Shown here piece after piece: positions 44,316 through 44,981 of a DNA stretch of 44,981 nt. Source of the stretch: Solirubrobacterales bacterium (GTDB lineage Bacteria; Actinomycetota; Thermoleophilia; Solirubrobacterales; 70-9); contig DATAPB010000184.1 in NCBI GenBank assembly GCA_036265435.1, positions 1 through 44,981 on the forward strand, read 5' to 3'. A model generated the notes under the pieces. That model was not told the origin of the DNA, did no database searches, and saw only the letters and a list, made by a program, of their open reading frames with translations. How positions within the stretch are numbered: position 1 is the stretch's first letter; each line of letters begins with the position of its first letter. The position numbers and the translations under genes were made by a program.

Positions 44316-44693
44316 TCAGGCGGCGGTGGGTGCCGCGACTCCCTCCGCCGGTGGCGGCCCATACCGGTTCTCACCCGGATCGCTCTGGCGCAGGTAGAAG
44401 ATGAGCAGGACGATGAACCCGATGATCGGGATCAGGCCGATCAGCACCCACCAGCCGGTGTGGTCCGTGTCGTGGAGCCGTCGTATCGCCACCGAGAGGT
44501 TCGGCAGCAGCAGCGCCAGTCCGGCCAGCCCGCTCACCACACCGAAGCTGCCGATGATGGCGTCGATGATGGCGGCGCCAATCCCAACCAGGATCCCAAA
44601 CAGGAACCACCACCAGAATGCCGGTCTTGACGCGCGGCCGTCGAACTTCACGTAATGGTCGAATCCAGACCTGACTGCCTCAGCAAAGGTCAC
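44316..44693 (-). CDS. DUF805 family membrane protein
   Basis: MTFAEAVRSGFDHYVKFDGRASRPAFWWWFLF and AIRRLHDTDHTGWWVLI are hallmark DUF805 motifs. Confidence 0.85.
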   Translation of the reverse strand: MTFAEAVRSGFDHYVKFDGRASRPAFWWWFLFGILVGIGAAIIDAIIGSFGVVSGLAGLALLLPNLSVAIRRLHDTDHTGWWVLIGLIPIIGFIVLLIFYLRQSDPGENRYGPPPAEGVAAPTAA

Positions 44694-44743
44694 TTTTTCT
44701 CCTTCTCCACGTAGTCAGCTTCGTAACTCACTGGGTACAGCTT

Positions 44744-44981
44744 CTAGACCTCGGGGGTGCGGCTTGTCGCCTCGCTCGAGATCTGGCCAGAAGGCGGCGT
44801 CGATCCGCTCTCCTCATACGAGAACGGAGGCCAATCCTCCGTGAGCAGCAGGAAATAGCCGCCACCGCGAGTCAGATAGGCGGAGGCGGATCGAATCGGG
44901 TTGAACAGACCCTCCGGAAGCTTGCCCGTGAAGAGGATCGCGAACCAGGCGATCAGCGCGCAGACGCTGAGGATGATCGCC
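44744..44981 (-). CDS. DUF4389-like membrane protein, C-terminal 78 aa (5' end outside the window)
   Basis: The reverse-strand frame is open from the window edge to TAG at 44744-44746. It encodes AIILSVCALIAWFAILFTGKLPEGLFNPIRSASAYLTRGGGYFLLLTEDWPPF. This ORF is not in the supplied track because it has no start inside the window. Confidence 0.6.
   Translation of the reverse strand, partial: AIILSVCALIAWFAILFTGKLPEGLFNPIRSASAYLTRGGGYFLLLTEDWPPFSYEESGSTPPSGQISSEATSRTPEV

Noticed and set aside
1-44981. Search for CRISPR arrays, tRNA/rRNA genes, transposases, integrases, toxin-antitoxin pairs, restriction-modification systems or other known defence modules.
   Set aside because: I saw no regularly spaced repeat-spacer structure, no cloverleaf-like low-GC islands, and no ORF with recombinase, nuclease-defence or TA-like motifs. 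The window is essentially core metabolism plus small membrane proteins.

Overview
Very GC-rich chromosomal segment with strong G/C at third codon positions. It looks Actinomycetota-like, possibly Thermoleophilia or Rubrobacteria type, but the taxon cannot be fixed from sequence alone. The window is dominated by housekeeping genes: dnaE (3' part), nfo, gltX, cysK-cysE, pcrA, folD, gatC-gatA-(zincin)-gatB, and ilvB-ilvN. A complete-looking menaquinone block (menF, menD, menC, menA, menB, menE) sits between ilvN and ilvC. I found no rRNA, tRNA, CRISPR array, transposase, integrase or recognisable defence genes. Many long ORFs in the track are antisense or out-of-frame artefacts of the high GC content and are not called. 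The items most worth a second look are listed here. (1) A tandem array of four paralogous ~145-aa multi-TM proteins of unknown function after folD; the first copy is degenerate. (2) A clear UDP-sulfoquinovose synthase (SQD1/SqdB/Agl3-type) gene, divergently paired with a membrane-anchored polyprenol-phosphate-type GT2 and adjacent to a secreted CSLREA/beta-helix/RTX-like protein. (3) A GMC oxidoreductase whose conserved-looking N-terminus has no canonical start and lies in frame behind the TGA of an upstream 4-TM protein gene. (4) An NTF2/SnoaL-like gene inside the men cluster, which contains no menH. (5) Five 1-nt frameshifts confined to three accessory genes (GAF-GGDEF-EAL, cyanase, first membrane paralog). 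(6) Two divergent gene pairs whose start codons overlap or lie 12 bp apart. (7) An HDOD-LuxR fusion regulator. (8) Small repeat and palindrome elements around an NTF2-like gene and upstream of gatC. All functional calls rest on motif recognition by eye; no database search was run.
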